Shown here in pieces: positions 1-8,555 of a stretch of DNA of 64,000 nt; position 1 is the first letter of the stretch, and every line of letters starts with the position of its first letter. This stretch comes from a virus. Both the position numbers and the translations under genes were made by a program. The stretch is taken from the IMG/VR virus record IMGVR_UViG_3300023184_005116, positions 1 to 64,000 of that record; one strand, given 5' to 3'. A model generated the notes under the pieces. That model did no database searches. It was not told the DNA's origin and saw only the letters and a list, made by a program, of their open reading frames with translations.

Positions 1-141
1 GTAGACGGAAATAAATTAGAAAGTAACTATTACGTCCTTTGTAATTTTTTAAGACCTATAAAAGAAAATTATTATACATGTAAGCCTGTAATAGATTTTA
101 TATACGGCTACAATACCTCCTCTGATCTGTTCCTATTATAA
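1..141 (+). CDS. 3' end of a gene truncated by the window edge (hypothetical)
   Basis: Frame 1 is open from base 1 to TAA at 139-141 (VDGNKLESNYYVLCNFLRP...DLFLL*); not in the ORF track. Confidence 0.5.
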   Translation, partial: VDGNKLESNYYVLCNFLRPIKENYYTCKPVIDFIYGYNTSSDLFLL

Positions 142-144
142 AAA

Positions 145-173
145 GGAACTATTTTTTAGTGATTCTCTATAAA
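145..173 (+). promoter_or_regulatory. Putative class A promoter (GGAACT-N17-TATAAA)
   Basis: GGAACT 145-150, TATAA at 168; same geometry recurs upstream of four other genes. Confidence 0.55.
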
Positions 174-186
174 AAATAAAGATTTT

Positions 187-1110
187 ATGAAAATTTGTAT
201 TTTTGGATCTACTGGATTAGTAGGATCCAATTTGTATAAAAGATATTTAGAAAAATACCCAGATTCTTATATACTTGCTCCAAAAAGATATAATCTTAAT
301 CTTCATAATAGGGAGGAAACTATAGATTATTTAAAAAGAAATAAACCGGAAGTTGTTTTTTTATGTGCAGCTAAGGTTGGAGGAATAAAAGCAAACAACG
401 ATTTTAAGGCTGATTTCATAACTGACAATCTAAAAATTCAATCTAATGTTATAGAAGGATGTTATTTAGCAGGTATAAAAAAATTAGTATTTCTTGGCTC
501 CTCTTGCATATACCCTAAAGATTGCCAACAACCAATAAAGGAAGAGTATTTAATGACTGGGCCTTTGGAGGAAACAAATGATGCCTATGCTATTGCAAAA
601 ATAGCAGGAATTAAAATGTGTCAGTCTTATAGAAAACAGCACGGATGTGATTTTATATCAGTAATGCCTTCTAATCTTTATGGGCCAGGAGATAATTTTG
701 ATTTGACATCAAGTCACGTATTACCAGCTTTAATAAGAAAATTTCACGAAGCTAAAATAGAGAATAAGCCATTTGTTGAGCTATGGGGAACAGGAAATCC
801 AATGCGTGAGTTTTTGTATGTTGACGATTTAGCTGATGCTCTTATTTTTCTTTCCGAAACCTATTCTGATGAGAAAATAATAAACGTAGGATCTGGAACT
901 GATCTATCAATTAAATTACTAGCTCATTACATTCAAAAAGAGGTAGGGTACACAGGGGAAGTGATTTTTAATGATTCATATCCCGAGGGGACTATGAGAA
1001 AAGTAATGGATTCTTCTAGAATATTTGAGATGGGATGGAGCCCAAAATATTCATTAGAAGATGGAATTAAAAAGACATATTCTTACTATAAAGAAATGTA
1101 TGGAAAATAA
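187..1110 (+). CDS. fcl: GDP-L-fucose synthase (GDP-4-keto-6-deoxymannose epimerase/reductase)
   Basis: GSTGLVG Rossmann motif, AAKVGGI, FLGSSCIYP, YAIAK (YxxxK), NLYGPGDNF, SHVLPALIRKF, WGTG.PMREFLYVDD. Confidence 0.95.
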   Translation: MKICIFGSTGLVGSNLYKRYLEKYPDSYILAPKRYNLNLHNREETIDYLKRNKPEVVFLCAAKVGGIKANNDFKADFITDNLKIQSNVIEGCYLAGIKKLVFLGSSCIYPKDCQQPIKEEYLMTGPLEETNDAYAIAKIAGIKMCQSYRKQHGCDFISVMPSNLYGPGDNFDLTSSHVLPALIRKFHEAKIENKPFVELWGTGNPMREFLYVDDLADALIFLSETYSDEKIINVGSGTDLSIKLLAHYIQKEVGYTGEVIFNDSYPEGTMRKVMDSSRIFEMGWSPKYSLEDGIKKTYSYYKEMYGK

Positions 1111-2128
1111 AAAAAAGTGCATTATAACTGGTATTAACGGACAAGACGGAAGTTATCTTGCCGAATTTCTTCTTGAGAAAGGATATGAAGTTCACGGAAC
1201 TATCAGGAGATCTTCTTCTTTCAATACACACAGAATTGATCATCTTAGAGGTAAATCTAATTTTCATTGGCACTATGCAGATGTCACTGATCCAGTTTCT
1301 ATTAGCAATCTTATTTCTAGTATAAAGCCTGATGAATTTTACAATCTTGCTGCTCAAAGCCACGTAAAGATATCATTTGAAATACCTTATTATACTGGGC
1401 AAGTTGATGCTATAGGCACTTTAAATGTATTAGAAGCAATTAGATCGCATTCACCAAACACTAAACTTTATCAAGCATCCACATCTGAGCTATATGGTAA
1501 AGTACAGGAAATACCACAAAACGAAAACACACCATTTTATCCAAGATCCCCTTACGGAGTAGCAAAACTTTATGGCTTTTGGATAATTAAAAACTATAGA
1601 GAGGCATACAATCTATTTGCATGTAACGGAATCCTATTTAATCACACATCTCCAAGAAGAGGTGAGAATTTTGTTGAGAAAAAAATAGTTGATGCTCTTG
1701 TTGATATTATTCACAGCAAAAAAATAAAAACATTTTCTTTGGGTAATCTAAATTCTCAAAGAGATATAGGACATGCTAGGGAATATGTTGTTGGTATGTG
1801 GAAAATGCTACAACGCGAAACGCCAGAGGATTTTGTTCTTGCAACTGGAGTAACATATACTATTAGATCTATTGTTGAAATGACAGCTTCTATTCTTGGA
1901 GTGCATATAATATGGGAAGGTGAGGGATTAAATGAAGTAGGAAAAAATAAAGAAACAGGGGAAGTTCTTGTTACTATAGATCCTAAATATTTTAGACCTT
2001 CTGAAGTTGATCTTCTAATAGGAAATCCAGAAAAAGCGGAAGAGCTATTAGGATGGAAAGCTGAGATGGATCTTAGTTCAATATTAAGAGAAATGGTTGA
2101 ATCTAAAATTAAAGAGAATGTATACTGA
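1100..2128 (+). CDS. gmd: GDP-mannose 4,6-dehydratase
   Basis: ITGINGQDGSYLAEFLL, YNLAAQSHV, QASTSELYG, PFYPRSPYGVAKLYG, RPSEVDLLIG; ATG at 1100 (MENKKKC) overlapping the fcl stop preferred over 1061. Confidence 0.95.
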   Translation: MENKKKCIITGINGQDGSYLAEFLLEKGYEVHGTIRRSSSFNTHRIDHLRGKSNFHWHYADVTDPVSISNLISSIKPDEFYNLAAQSHVKISFEIPYYTGQVDAIGTLNVLEAIRSHSPNTKLYQASTSELYGKVQEIPQNENTPFYPRSPYGVAKLYGFWIIKNYREAYNLFACNGILFNHTSPRRGENFVEKKIVDALVDIIHSKKIKTFSLGNLNSQRDIGHAREYVVGMWKMLQRETPEDFVLATGVTYTIRSIVEMTASILGVHIIWEGEGLNEVGKNKETGEVLVTIDPKYFRPSEVDLLIGNPEKAEELLGWKAEMDLSSILREMVESKIKENVY

Positions 2129-2696
2129 TTTATTATTAAAGGAGATGGAATATCTTTCTAAAATTCCAGTTGACAGAATTTCTGGATTTGTACAAACAAT
2201 TGAAGGATATGCTAAAAATCACACTAGAATAATAACATCAGGTATGGGCAAGGCAGGACAAATAGCTCATACATTTTCTACTACACTAAGCTCAACAGGA
2301 ACACCCTCTTATTTTTTGCACCCAGCAGAAGCTCAACATGGAGATTTGGGACTTATTGGGGAGGACGACATTTTAATTATTTTTTCAAATTCTGGTAAGA
2401 CAAGAGAAGTTCTTGAGCTTATCGATCTTTCTAGAAACCTTAACCCTAATCTTAAAATATTAAGTATAGTTGGTGAATCAAACGAAGAGTTAGATATGAA
2501 AACTAATTTTGTTTTAAAGTTTGGCCCTGTGGAAGAAATCTGTCCTCTTGGATTGACCCCAACAACATCTACAACATGTATGTCAGTAATCTGTGATTTA
2601 ATTGTTGTTGGACTAATGAGAATTAAAGGTTTTACAAAAAATGAATATTCAAAAAGACACCATGGAGGATATCTTGGAAAAAAATCAAAAGACTAA
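2118..2696 (+). CDS. kdsD: Arabinose-5-phosphate isomerase, SIS domain only (KdsD/KpsF/GutQ family, no CBS domains)
   Basis: SGMGKAG, STGTPSYFLHPAEAQHGDLG, FSNSGKT, CPLGLTPTTST, HHGGYLG; ends where the CBS pair would begin; ATG 2118 preferred over 2097. Confidence 0.85.
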   Translation: MYTDLLLKEMEYLSKIPVDRISGFVQTIEGYAKNHTRIITSGMGKAGQIAHTFSTTLSSTGTPSYFLHPAEAQHGDLGLIGEDDILIIFSNSGKTREVLELIDLSRNLNPNLKILSIVGESNEELDMKTNFVLKFGPVEEICPLGLTPTTSTTCMSVICDLIVVGLMRIKGFTKNEYSKRHHGGYLGKKSKD

Positions 2697-3465
2697 AATA
2701 TTAATAGCAGGCCCTTGTGTTATACAATCATACGATCTTTGTTTAGAGATCGCTAATGAAGTAAAAAGAGTATCTGAACTGTATGGATTTAAACCAATAT
2801 TTAAAGCAAGCTACGATAAAGCAAACAGAACATCTGGGGATTCTTATAGAGGACTAGGTATTGAAGATGGCTTATTTATATTAGATAAAGTTAGATTTTC
2901 TACCGGTCTTCCATTTATAACTGATGTTCATTCAGTAGAAGAGGTAAGAATGGTATCTAAGTTTGCAGATTATTTACAGGTACCTGCATTCCTTTGTAGG
3001 CAAACAGATTTAATCGAAGAATGTGCTAAGAGCGGATTAACTACCCTTGTTAAAAAGGGGCAATTTCTTTCTCCCGAATCTTGTAAATTTATAGAAGATA
3101 AATTTTATAAAGCTGGCGGATCTTTAATGATGATTTGTGAAAGGGGTAATTCTTTTGGATATAATGATTTGATAGTAGATGTTACGTCTATTCCTAGATT
3201 AAAAAAATCGTGTAGCAAATCTTTAGTTATTATGGATTGTACTCATAGTTTACAAAAACCCAATGGAGTTTATGGAAAGACCGAAGGAAGATCCGATATG
3301 ATAGAGGAGATGGTTAAGTATGCTTCTATAATGAATTCCGATGGGCTTTTTATAGAAACACATCCTGATCCAAAATCCTCTCCCTCTGATTCTGAAAATA
3401 TGCTGGAACTTTCAAATCTAGACAAGGTATTAAATACATCAAGAAAAATATACGAGTGTGAATAA
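2641..3465 (+). CDS. kdsA: 3-deoxy-D-manno-octulosonate-8-phosphate (Kdo8P) synthase
   Basis: IAGPCVIQS, FKASYDKANRTS, QVPAFLCRQTDL, KKGQFLSP, ERGNSFGY, DCTHSLQ, GLFIETHPDP..SPSD; exact start uncertain (2641/2662). Confidence 0.93.
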   Translation: MNIQKDTMEDILEKNQKTKILIAGPCVIQSYDLCLEIANEVKRVSELYGFKPIFKASYDKANRTSGDSYRGLGIEDGLFILDKVRFSTGLPFITDVHSVEEVRMVSKFADYLQVPAFLCRQTDLIEECAKSGLTTLVKKGQFLSPESCKFIEDKFYKAGGSLMMICERGNSFGYNDLIVDVTSIPRLKKSCSKSLVIMDCTHSLQKPNGVYGKTEGRSDMIEEMVKYASIMNSDGLFIETHPDPKSSPSDSENMLELSNLDKVLNTSRKIYECE

Positions 3466-4183
3466 AAAATGCGATGTTGTTATAATCAGTTACGCAAAGG
3501 ACGATTATTGTAAGGGACTTACTAAGAATTCTATAGAAAGTCTTTTTGCATCAGAGGATAACCCTTATGATTTATTCAATGTAATAGTTGTAGAATCTCA
3601 GGACGGTGTCGTTTGGGAGGAATTATTTCCTAATAGTGTCACAACTATAAAAGCACCAATGCCATATGGATATCATAAATTTTTAAATTATGGTAGGAAG
3701 GAAGGTGATAATGAATGGGTTGCTTTATGTAATAACGATTTAACTTTTACTAAAAGTTGGTTTACTAATATCCTTAAAGCAAATTTAGAAAATCCTGATA
3801 TTATTTCACTATCTCCAATATGTCCAATGACTCAAACTATGTATGGTATAAGTCCTCATACCGGAATACACTTAGGTCATGAAATAAGAAAACATGTGTC
3901 AGGATGGTGTATTGTACATAAAAGAGAGATCTATGATTTAATTGGAGATCTTGATGAAAGATTCTACCATTGGTTTTGTGATAATGATTACGCAATGACA
4001 TTATGGGAAAAAGGAATAAAACATGCATTGGTTACTGACTCTATAGTTATTCACCATGACAAGAATATTGGAAAGACAACGGAGAAGGTTGTTGATAATA
4101 ATGACGAGATGTTTAGGCTAACTTCTGGGTCACAACCTATATTTCTAGATAAGTGGAAAAAATATATGGGAGGTGGCTTATGA
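3458..4183 (+). CDS. Glycosyltransferase family 2 (GT-A fold)
   Basis: DVVIISY, VIVVES, FLNYG, LCNNDL (DxD-like), GWCIV...IGDLDERF..WFCDND; GTG start. Confidence 0.8.
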   Translation: MNKKCDVVIISYAKDDYCKGLTKNSIESLFASEDNPYDLFNVIVVESQDGVVWEELFPNSVTTIKAPMPYGYHKFLNYGRKEGDNEWVALCNNDLTFTKSWFTNILKANLENPDIISLSPICPMTQTMYGISPHTGIHLGHEIRKHVSGWCIVHKREIYDLIGDLDERFYHWFCDNDYAMTLWEKGIKHALVTDSIVIHHDKNIGKTTEKVVDNNDEMFRLTSGSQPIFLDKWKKYMGGGL

Positions 4184-4209
4184 AATTATTCTTTTTATTC
4201 CAATATAAT
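4182..4209 (+). promoter_or_regulatory. Putative class A promoter (GAAATT-N16-TATAAT)
   Basis: Upstream of ORF 4223; matches the recurrent bipartite motif. Confidence 0.45.
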
Positions 4210-4222
4210 AATCTAAGGACCT

Positions 4223-4483
4223 ATGGAAATTAAAAAAGGATTTAAGGCGGTTTTTGAAAAAAAGGGTGGAAGATACCATATTGAAATAACACGACATAAA
4301 GACCCTATAATGGATAACATTCTTATAGTTAATAGCGTAGGGAGTACAAAATACGAGAATACATGGATCATTGAAAAAGATCTTGCTGAATGGGCAGGTT
4401 ATTTTGAAAGTGAAGGATATACTGAAATAAAAATAATCGAAGATGTGGAATCTTCTAAGAAAAATAATAAGAAAAAAACCTAA
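4223..4483 (+). CDS. Hypothetical protein
   Basis: 86 aa ORF in the co-directional gene train. Confidence 0.6.
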   Translation: MEIKKGFKAVFEKKGGRYHIEITRHKDPIMDNILIVNSVGSTKYENTWIIEKDLAEWAGYFESEGYTEIKIIEDVESSKKNNKKKT

Positions 4484-5087
4484 AATGGAAAATATAGATG
4501 AACTTGACATAGAGGTTCTAGATAAGGAACTGAGACCTTTTGGCTATAAATGGATGAAAGGTGATAACGACGGTAACGTTTGTGAATACGAAAGTGTATT
4601 TAAAGATGCAACCACTGGCGTTCTTTGGGTTAACTTTAAAGACGGAACCAGAATTAATTACGCTTTAATGGAGGAATATATGATCCAAATAGATCTTAAT
4701 GTCCCCCAACAGGTTCCTATTGCTCTTCCCCCATCAAGCAATAAACAACAATTTTCTAAAATTCAAAATGTTAGAAATGTAATGGTTGCAGAAGAAAGCA
4801 ATGCAACAGTAAGATCCACTAATCCTATAACAACCCTATTAGAAAAACAAAAACCTAATTGGGTAGAAGTGGACATTAAACTTAAATTAAATCTCCCAAC
4901 GAAAAACCTTTATAATGTATTAACTTCATCTTTTGAAGAAGCTGATAAAGAGATAATAGAATTTGTTGTAAGCGATCTTGATTTGGAAATAATTAAAGAA
5001 AGTTTAAGGATAAATATAAGGGATATATATAAAGGTAAAAATGGAAATATTCGAAAAGGCGGAAATGACGTCTCTGCAGAAGAGTAA
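4443..5087 (+). CDS. Hypothetical protein
   Basis: 214 aa ORF; alternative start ATG 4485 directly after the previous stop. Confidence 0.7.
   Translation: MWNLLRKIIRKKPKMENIDELDIEVLDKELRPFGYKWMKGDNDGNVCEYESVFKDATTGVLWVNFKDGTRINYALMEEYMIQIDLNVPQQVPIALPPSSNKQQFSKIQNVRNVMVAEESNATVRSTNPITTLLEKQKPNWVEVDIKLKLNLPTKNLYNVLTSSFEEADKEIIEFVVSDLDLEIIKESLRINIRDIYKGKNGNIRKGGNDVSAEE
5021..5030 (+). promoter_or_regulatory. Putative class B (late-type) promoter GGATATATAT
   Basis: 10 nt upstream of the Nudix ATG; motif recurs before at least 8 other genes. Confidence 0.4.
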
Positions 5088-5601
5088 AAATACTGAGGTA
5101 TTAGAATCTGACGGTAAACTTTTTATACGCCAAATAAACCCTGGTGTTATTATTATGCCTTACACTTTAGATGCTGACGGCAACCCTGAAAAAATTGGTA
5201 TTATTAACGAGGTTCTTGATCAAAGACCTGGAGGAATGTCTGCAACTCTAATAACAGGAACTCCTGATGATAAAGATGCTAATATTTTTCAAACAGCAGT
5301 AAGAGAGCTTGAAGAAGAATCTGGTTTTTTTGTAGATGATTTAAAAAGATGGAATTTCCTAGGAACACTTTTTACATCAAAGATGGTTTCTAATTCTAAT
5401 CCTTGCTTTTCTGTTGATATAACTTCTTTGGTTTCCAAAGAAAAAACAACCGACGGATCTCAAGGAGAGAAAGATAGCAAATTTGAACTTATCTCAATTG
5501 AGGAGTCATTAAACTTAGATGATTGCTTAGTTAGTACCCTTTTTATTAAAACATTTAAAGATTTATTTATTAAAAAAGTAGAAAGTGATGAACTTGCCTA
5601 A
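5041..5601 (+). CDS. Nudix hydrolase
   Basis: Nudix box-like GTPDDKDANIFQTAVRELEEESGF. Confidence 0.8.
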   Translation: MEIFEKAEMTSLQKSKNTEVLESDGKLFIRQINPGVIIMPYTLDADGNPEKIGIINEVLDQRPGGMSATLITGTPDDKDANIFQTAVRELEEESGFFVDDLKRWNFLGTLFTSKMVSNSNPCFSVDITSLVSKEKTTDGSQGEKDSKFELISIEESLNLDDCLVSTLFIKTFKDLFIKKVESDELA

Positions 5602-5773
5602 CAGAAAACAAAGAAGAAAGATGGCCAAGGATATGGGCCTTTTTGGTAAGAATAAACAAAAGAACGAAGGCGGTGAAGTTGCTGAAAGATCTAAGGCTAT
5701 GGGTAAGCTTATTCATTTAAGAAACCTAACAGAGCAAAGAAACAATAATAATAACAAAAACCACATCTCATAA
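5588..5773 (+). CDS. Small basic hypothetical protein
   Basis: NRKQRRKMAK basic motif; fills the gap between genes. Confidence 0.6.
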   Translation: MNLPNRKQRRKMAKDMGLFGKNKQKNEGGEVAERSKAMGKLIHLRNLTEQRNNNNNKNHIS

Positions 5774-5776
5774 TTA

Positions 5777-6100
5777 GTGTATTTTAAATCTTTCATAGTC
5801 AGTAAAATCGACAAGATTAAAAGTGTACAGATGGATCAGTGTGACCTCTGTCATATTGACGTGAACATGTGGTTTAAAACTAATAGTCTTACCCCCTCTG
5901 ATATGAACGAAATAAGACAGTTCATATTCGAAGAATGGTTTTACAAAAAACTAACAGGATCCAAGAATAAAATATCATCAGGATCAAATCTAGTAATAGT
6001 ATACGATAGTCCAAACGATCTATTTGTCGAGCTACTTAAAAATAAAATCTCAGATATTTTTGAATGTGAGATTTGTGAAGTGGTTTTAATCGATGAATAA
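5777..6100 (+). CDS. Hypothetical protein
   Basis: 107 aa ORF, GTG start 3 nt after the previous stop. Confidence 0.6.
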   Translation: MYFKSFIVSKIDKIKSVQMDQCDLCHIDVNMWFKTNSLTPSDMNEIRQFIFEEWFYKKLTGSKNKISSGSNLVIVYDSPNDLFVELLKNKISDIFECEICEVVLIDE

Positions 6101-6106
6101 ATAGTC

Positions 6107-6116
6107 GGGTATATAG
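6107..6116 (+). promoter_or_regulatory. Putative class B promoter GGGTATATAG
   Basis: Immediately upstream of the first structural gene (6120). Confidence 0.45.
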
Positions 6117-6119
6117 TAT

Positions 6120-7934
6120 ATGTCTACACCAAACATAAATAATACTGGAACTTCTGCAGGAACTGTTGCAGATTCTACAGTTCAAAGGTTTGCTACTGGG
6201 CTTTATAGCTCAGAAAGTGATAAAGTATATTACACCTACGAGCTAAGCGAACTAAAAGCTTTACCAAAAAGCTTATTTTATGATGCTGCTACATCAGATG
6301 GTGTATATAGCGGTCTTTTTGCTTATTACGTACTAGGAACAGGAAGTGGCGGATCGAAGGTTCCATACCACAAATCAGAAAGCGTTGATCACCTACCTTC
6401 TATAACACCAATAGAATCTAGGAACCCAACTGCTAAAATGATAATAGATACAGTTAGTAAAAAAAGCGGTACTGTTCCTGCTTATTTAGATTCCTCAAGT
6501 TCTTTTAGAGGCCAAATATACAACGTTAAAGATTTTATTTTTTGTAAGCACTATGGAGTAATACCAAATAATAGAATGCTTACTTTAAGAAGATTTGCAT
6601 ATCCTACTTTAGATTCCTTAAGAGTACTGCCAGATAAGCCTGGTGATTTTTTTATTGGCGATAACAAAAAAGTTAAATTTGACCAAGTAAATGTTCCTGG
6701 ACTTGGAAGGGTAAAGGATCAACTAGCAAGAGAAAACTCTTCACTTCCGGTTGCTCAAGCAGTTACATATTTTGGAGAAGGAACAGGCAACAGCTTAAGC
6801 TCTATTCTAAATATTTCTACTGGTTTAATGTTTGCATACGAAACACAAGAACCAACAAAAAGCGAGCAAACTGGTGATCCCGGATTAATGAATTCTCCAT
6901 TTGGAGATTTAATTAAATCTTTTATTCAGAGCGGAAGTAATAATATAGATGTAGATGGTCTTGATAAACTAGCAGGGACTTTTGCTAATCCTACAAAAAA
7001 TATAAATGCTCTAAGAAGAAAGCTATTAGATAGTGCTGTACAAGGGGATGGACCTTTGTCTAAAAAAATATTTGTTAATGTTAATACTGTTAATCAGGTA
7101 ATGACAAGAAAACAAGGATTTTCAGGAGGAACCGAAGCATTTACTTTAAACTTTGAATATAATTTAACCTCTGTTGGACAGATTAATACAAAGCTAATGT
7201 TTTTGGATTTAATGACTAATCTTTTGTCAATAGGAAGCGATTATGGACAATTTCTTGCACCCGAATTAAGACTAGAACAAACTAGCGTTGGTCTTGGATT
7301 CCCTGGCGGATCTAAAGGATATGCAAAATCTATAGTAGATCCTATTGGATACATCAAAGATCAAGTATCAGGAATTTTATCTGAACAAAACGTAAATAGT
7401 CAATTAAGTGCTGAAGGATCCATAAAATCCGATATAGAAGCTGCTACTAATGAGATCAAACAATTTATAGCAGATCCTAAAAAGGGGATAAACAAAAACG
7501 GAAAATTCATGTCATCTATAGCAGTTATGCTTAGTGATTTATTTTTAAAGAAGGTTTATTATCAGCCAATAATGTTAAGTGGATATCCTACCGGTGAATG
7601 GCATTTAGTTGTTGGAAATCCTTTAAATCCTATAGCAATGATAGGTAACTTAGTTTGTACTAATGTTAAGATTAATTTTAACGATGATCTAGGCCCAGAT
7701 GATTTCCCTACAGAAATAAAAGCATCTTTTACGCTTTCCCCTGGAAGGCAAAGACACAGAGGGGATTGGGAATCAATGTTTAATAGAGGTAACGGAAGAT
7801 TATATCTTGGTCAATTAGTTGAATCTACTCAAGGATCTAATGACTTTATTAATACGAGTGGTCTTAAAGTAAACAATGTTACATTGGATCAAAATATATT
7901 AGAAGGTGCTCCTAATAACAATACTGGGCAATAA
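6120..7934 (+). CDS. Putative baseplate/tail-tube-associated virion protein (possibly gp48-like)
   Basis: First gene of the baseplate cluster; C-terminal NLVCTNVKINF...PTEIKASFTL resembles the tube-fold C-terminus; assignment largely from context. Confidence 0.4.
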   Translation: MSTPNINNTGTSAGTVADSTVQRFATGLYSSESDKVYYTYELSELKALPKSLFYDAATSDGVYSGLFAYYVLGTGSGGSKVPYHKSESVDHLPSITPIESRNPTAKMIIDTVSKKSGTVPAYLDSSSSFRGQIYNVKDFIFCKHYGVIPNNRMLTLRRFAYPTLDSLRVLPDKPGDFFIGDNKKVKFDQVNVPGLGRVKDQLARENSSLPVAQAVTYFGEGTGNSLSSILNISTGLMFAYETQEPTKSEQTGDPGLMNSPFGDLIKSFIQSGSNNIDVDGLDKLAGTFANPTKNINALRRKLLDSAVQGDGPLSKKIFVNVNTVNQVMTRKQGFSGGTEAFTLNFEYNLTSVGQINTKLMFLDLMTNLLSIGSDYGQFLAPELRLEQTSVGLGFPGGSKGYAKSIVDPIGYIKDQVSGILSEQNVNSQLSAEGSIKSDIEAATNEIKQFIADPKKGINKNGKFMSSIAVMLSDLFLKKVYYQPIMLSGYPTGEWHLVVGNPLNPIAMIGNLVCTNVKINFNDDLGPDDFPTEIKASFTLSPGRQRHRGDWESMFNRGNGRLYLGQLVESTQGSNDFINTSGLKVNNVTLDQNILEGAPNNNTGQ

Positions 7935-7947
7935 ATAATAGAAAAGA

Positions 7948-8553
7948 ATGCTAGGAATAGACATAATAGAAAATAAGCCATTTAGAACAGACCCAAAGAC
8001 ACAGACAAAATCTTTAGATCTTTTATCTCCTTCCTGGGACACTAGAACAATAACTTATAGCTTAAGAAGCATAGCTATTGTTACGGACGAAACTGAAATG
8101 AGACCAGATTTAGTGGCTTTATCTTATATGGGGGATCAAGACGGATTAGGTACATTACTTAAACTAAACAATATATCAAATCCCCTTTCTGTAGCTTCTG
8201 GAGAGGTACTTGCTGTTCCTGGTCAAACTATGATTAAAGATCTTTTTGCTAGTGGGCAAGCAATAACAAACCAAAAACAAAAAGCAAAATCTTTTAGAAA
8301 AGAATTACAAGAAAAAATATCTCAAGTTAGTAAAGAAAGACTTGAATATCTTAATTCAAAAAATATATCAAACCTAGCACAAAATCCATTGCCTCCTAAT
8401 TTATTACAAGAGGGACAGCAACAGATATTAGTAGAGGGGGGAAAACTATTATTCGGTCCTGATATTGGCCAATGTAAAACAAAACCAAGAAAGAACGTTT
8501 CGATTACAGACATTAAAACAAAACTTGCACAGAAAAATATTTTTAGAAGATAA
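7948..8553 (+). CDS. Baseplate wedge protein, T4 gp53/LysM-like
   Basis: RPDLVALSYMGD...LLKLNNISNP..V..GEVLAVP matches the gp53/LysM-like signature. Confidence 0.6.
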   Translation: MLGIDIIENKPFRTDPKTQTKSLDLLSPSWDTRTITYSLRSIAIVTDETEMRPDLVALSYMGDQDGLGTLLKLNNISNPLSVASGEVLAVPGQTMIKDLFASGQAITNQKQKAKSFRKELQEKISQVSKERLEYLNSKNISNLAQNPLPPNLLQEGQQQILVEGGKLLFGPDIGQCKTKPRKNVSITDIKTKLAQKNIFRR

Positions 8554-8555
8554 TA

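Noticed and set aside
187-4183. Bacterial chromosomal LPS/capsule locus
   Set aside because: Contiguous with phage structural genes, similar composition, and preceded by the same promoter motif as gp32 and gp5; no transport or housekeeping genes
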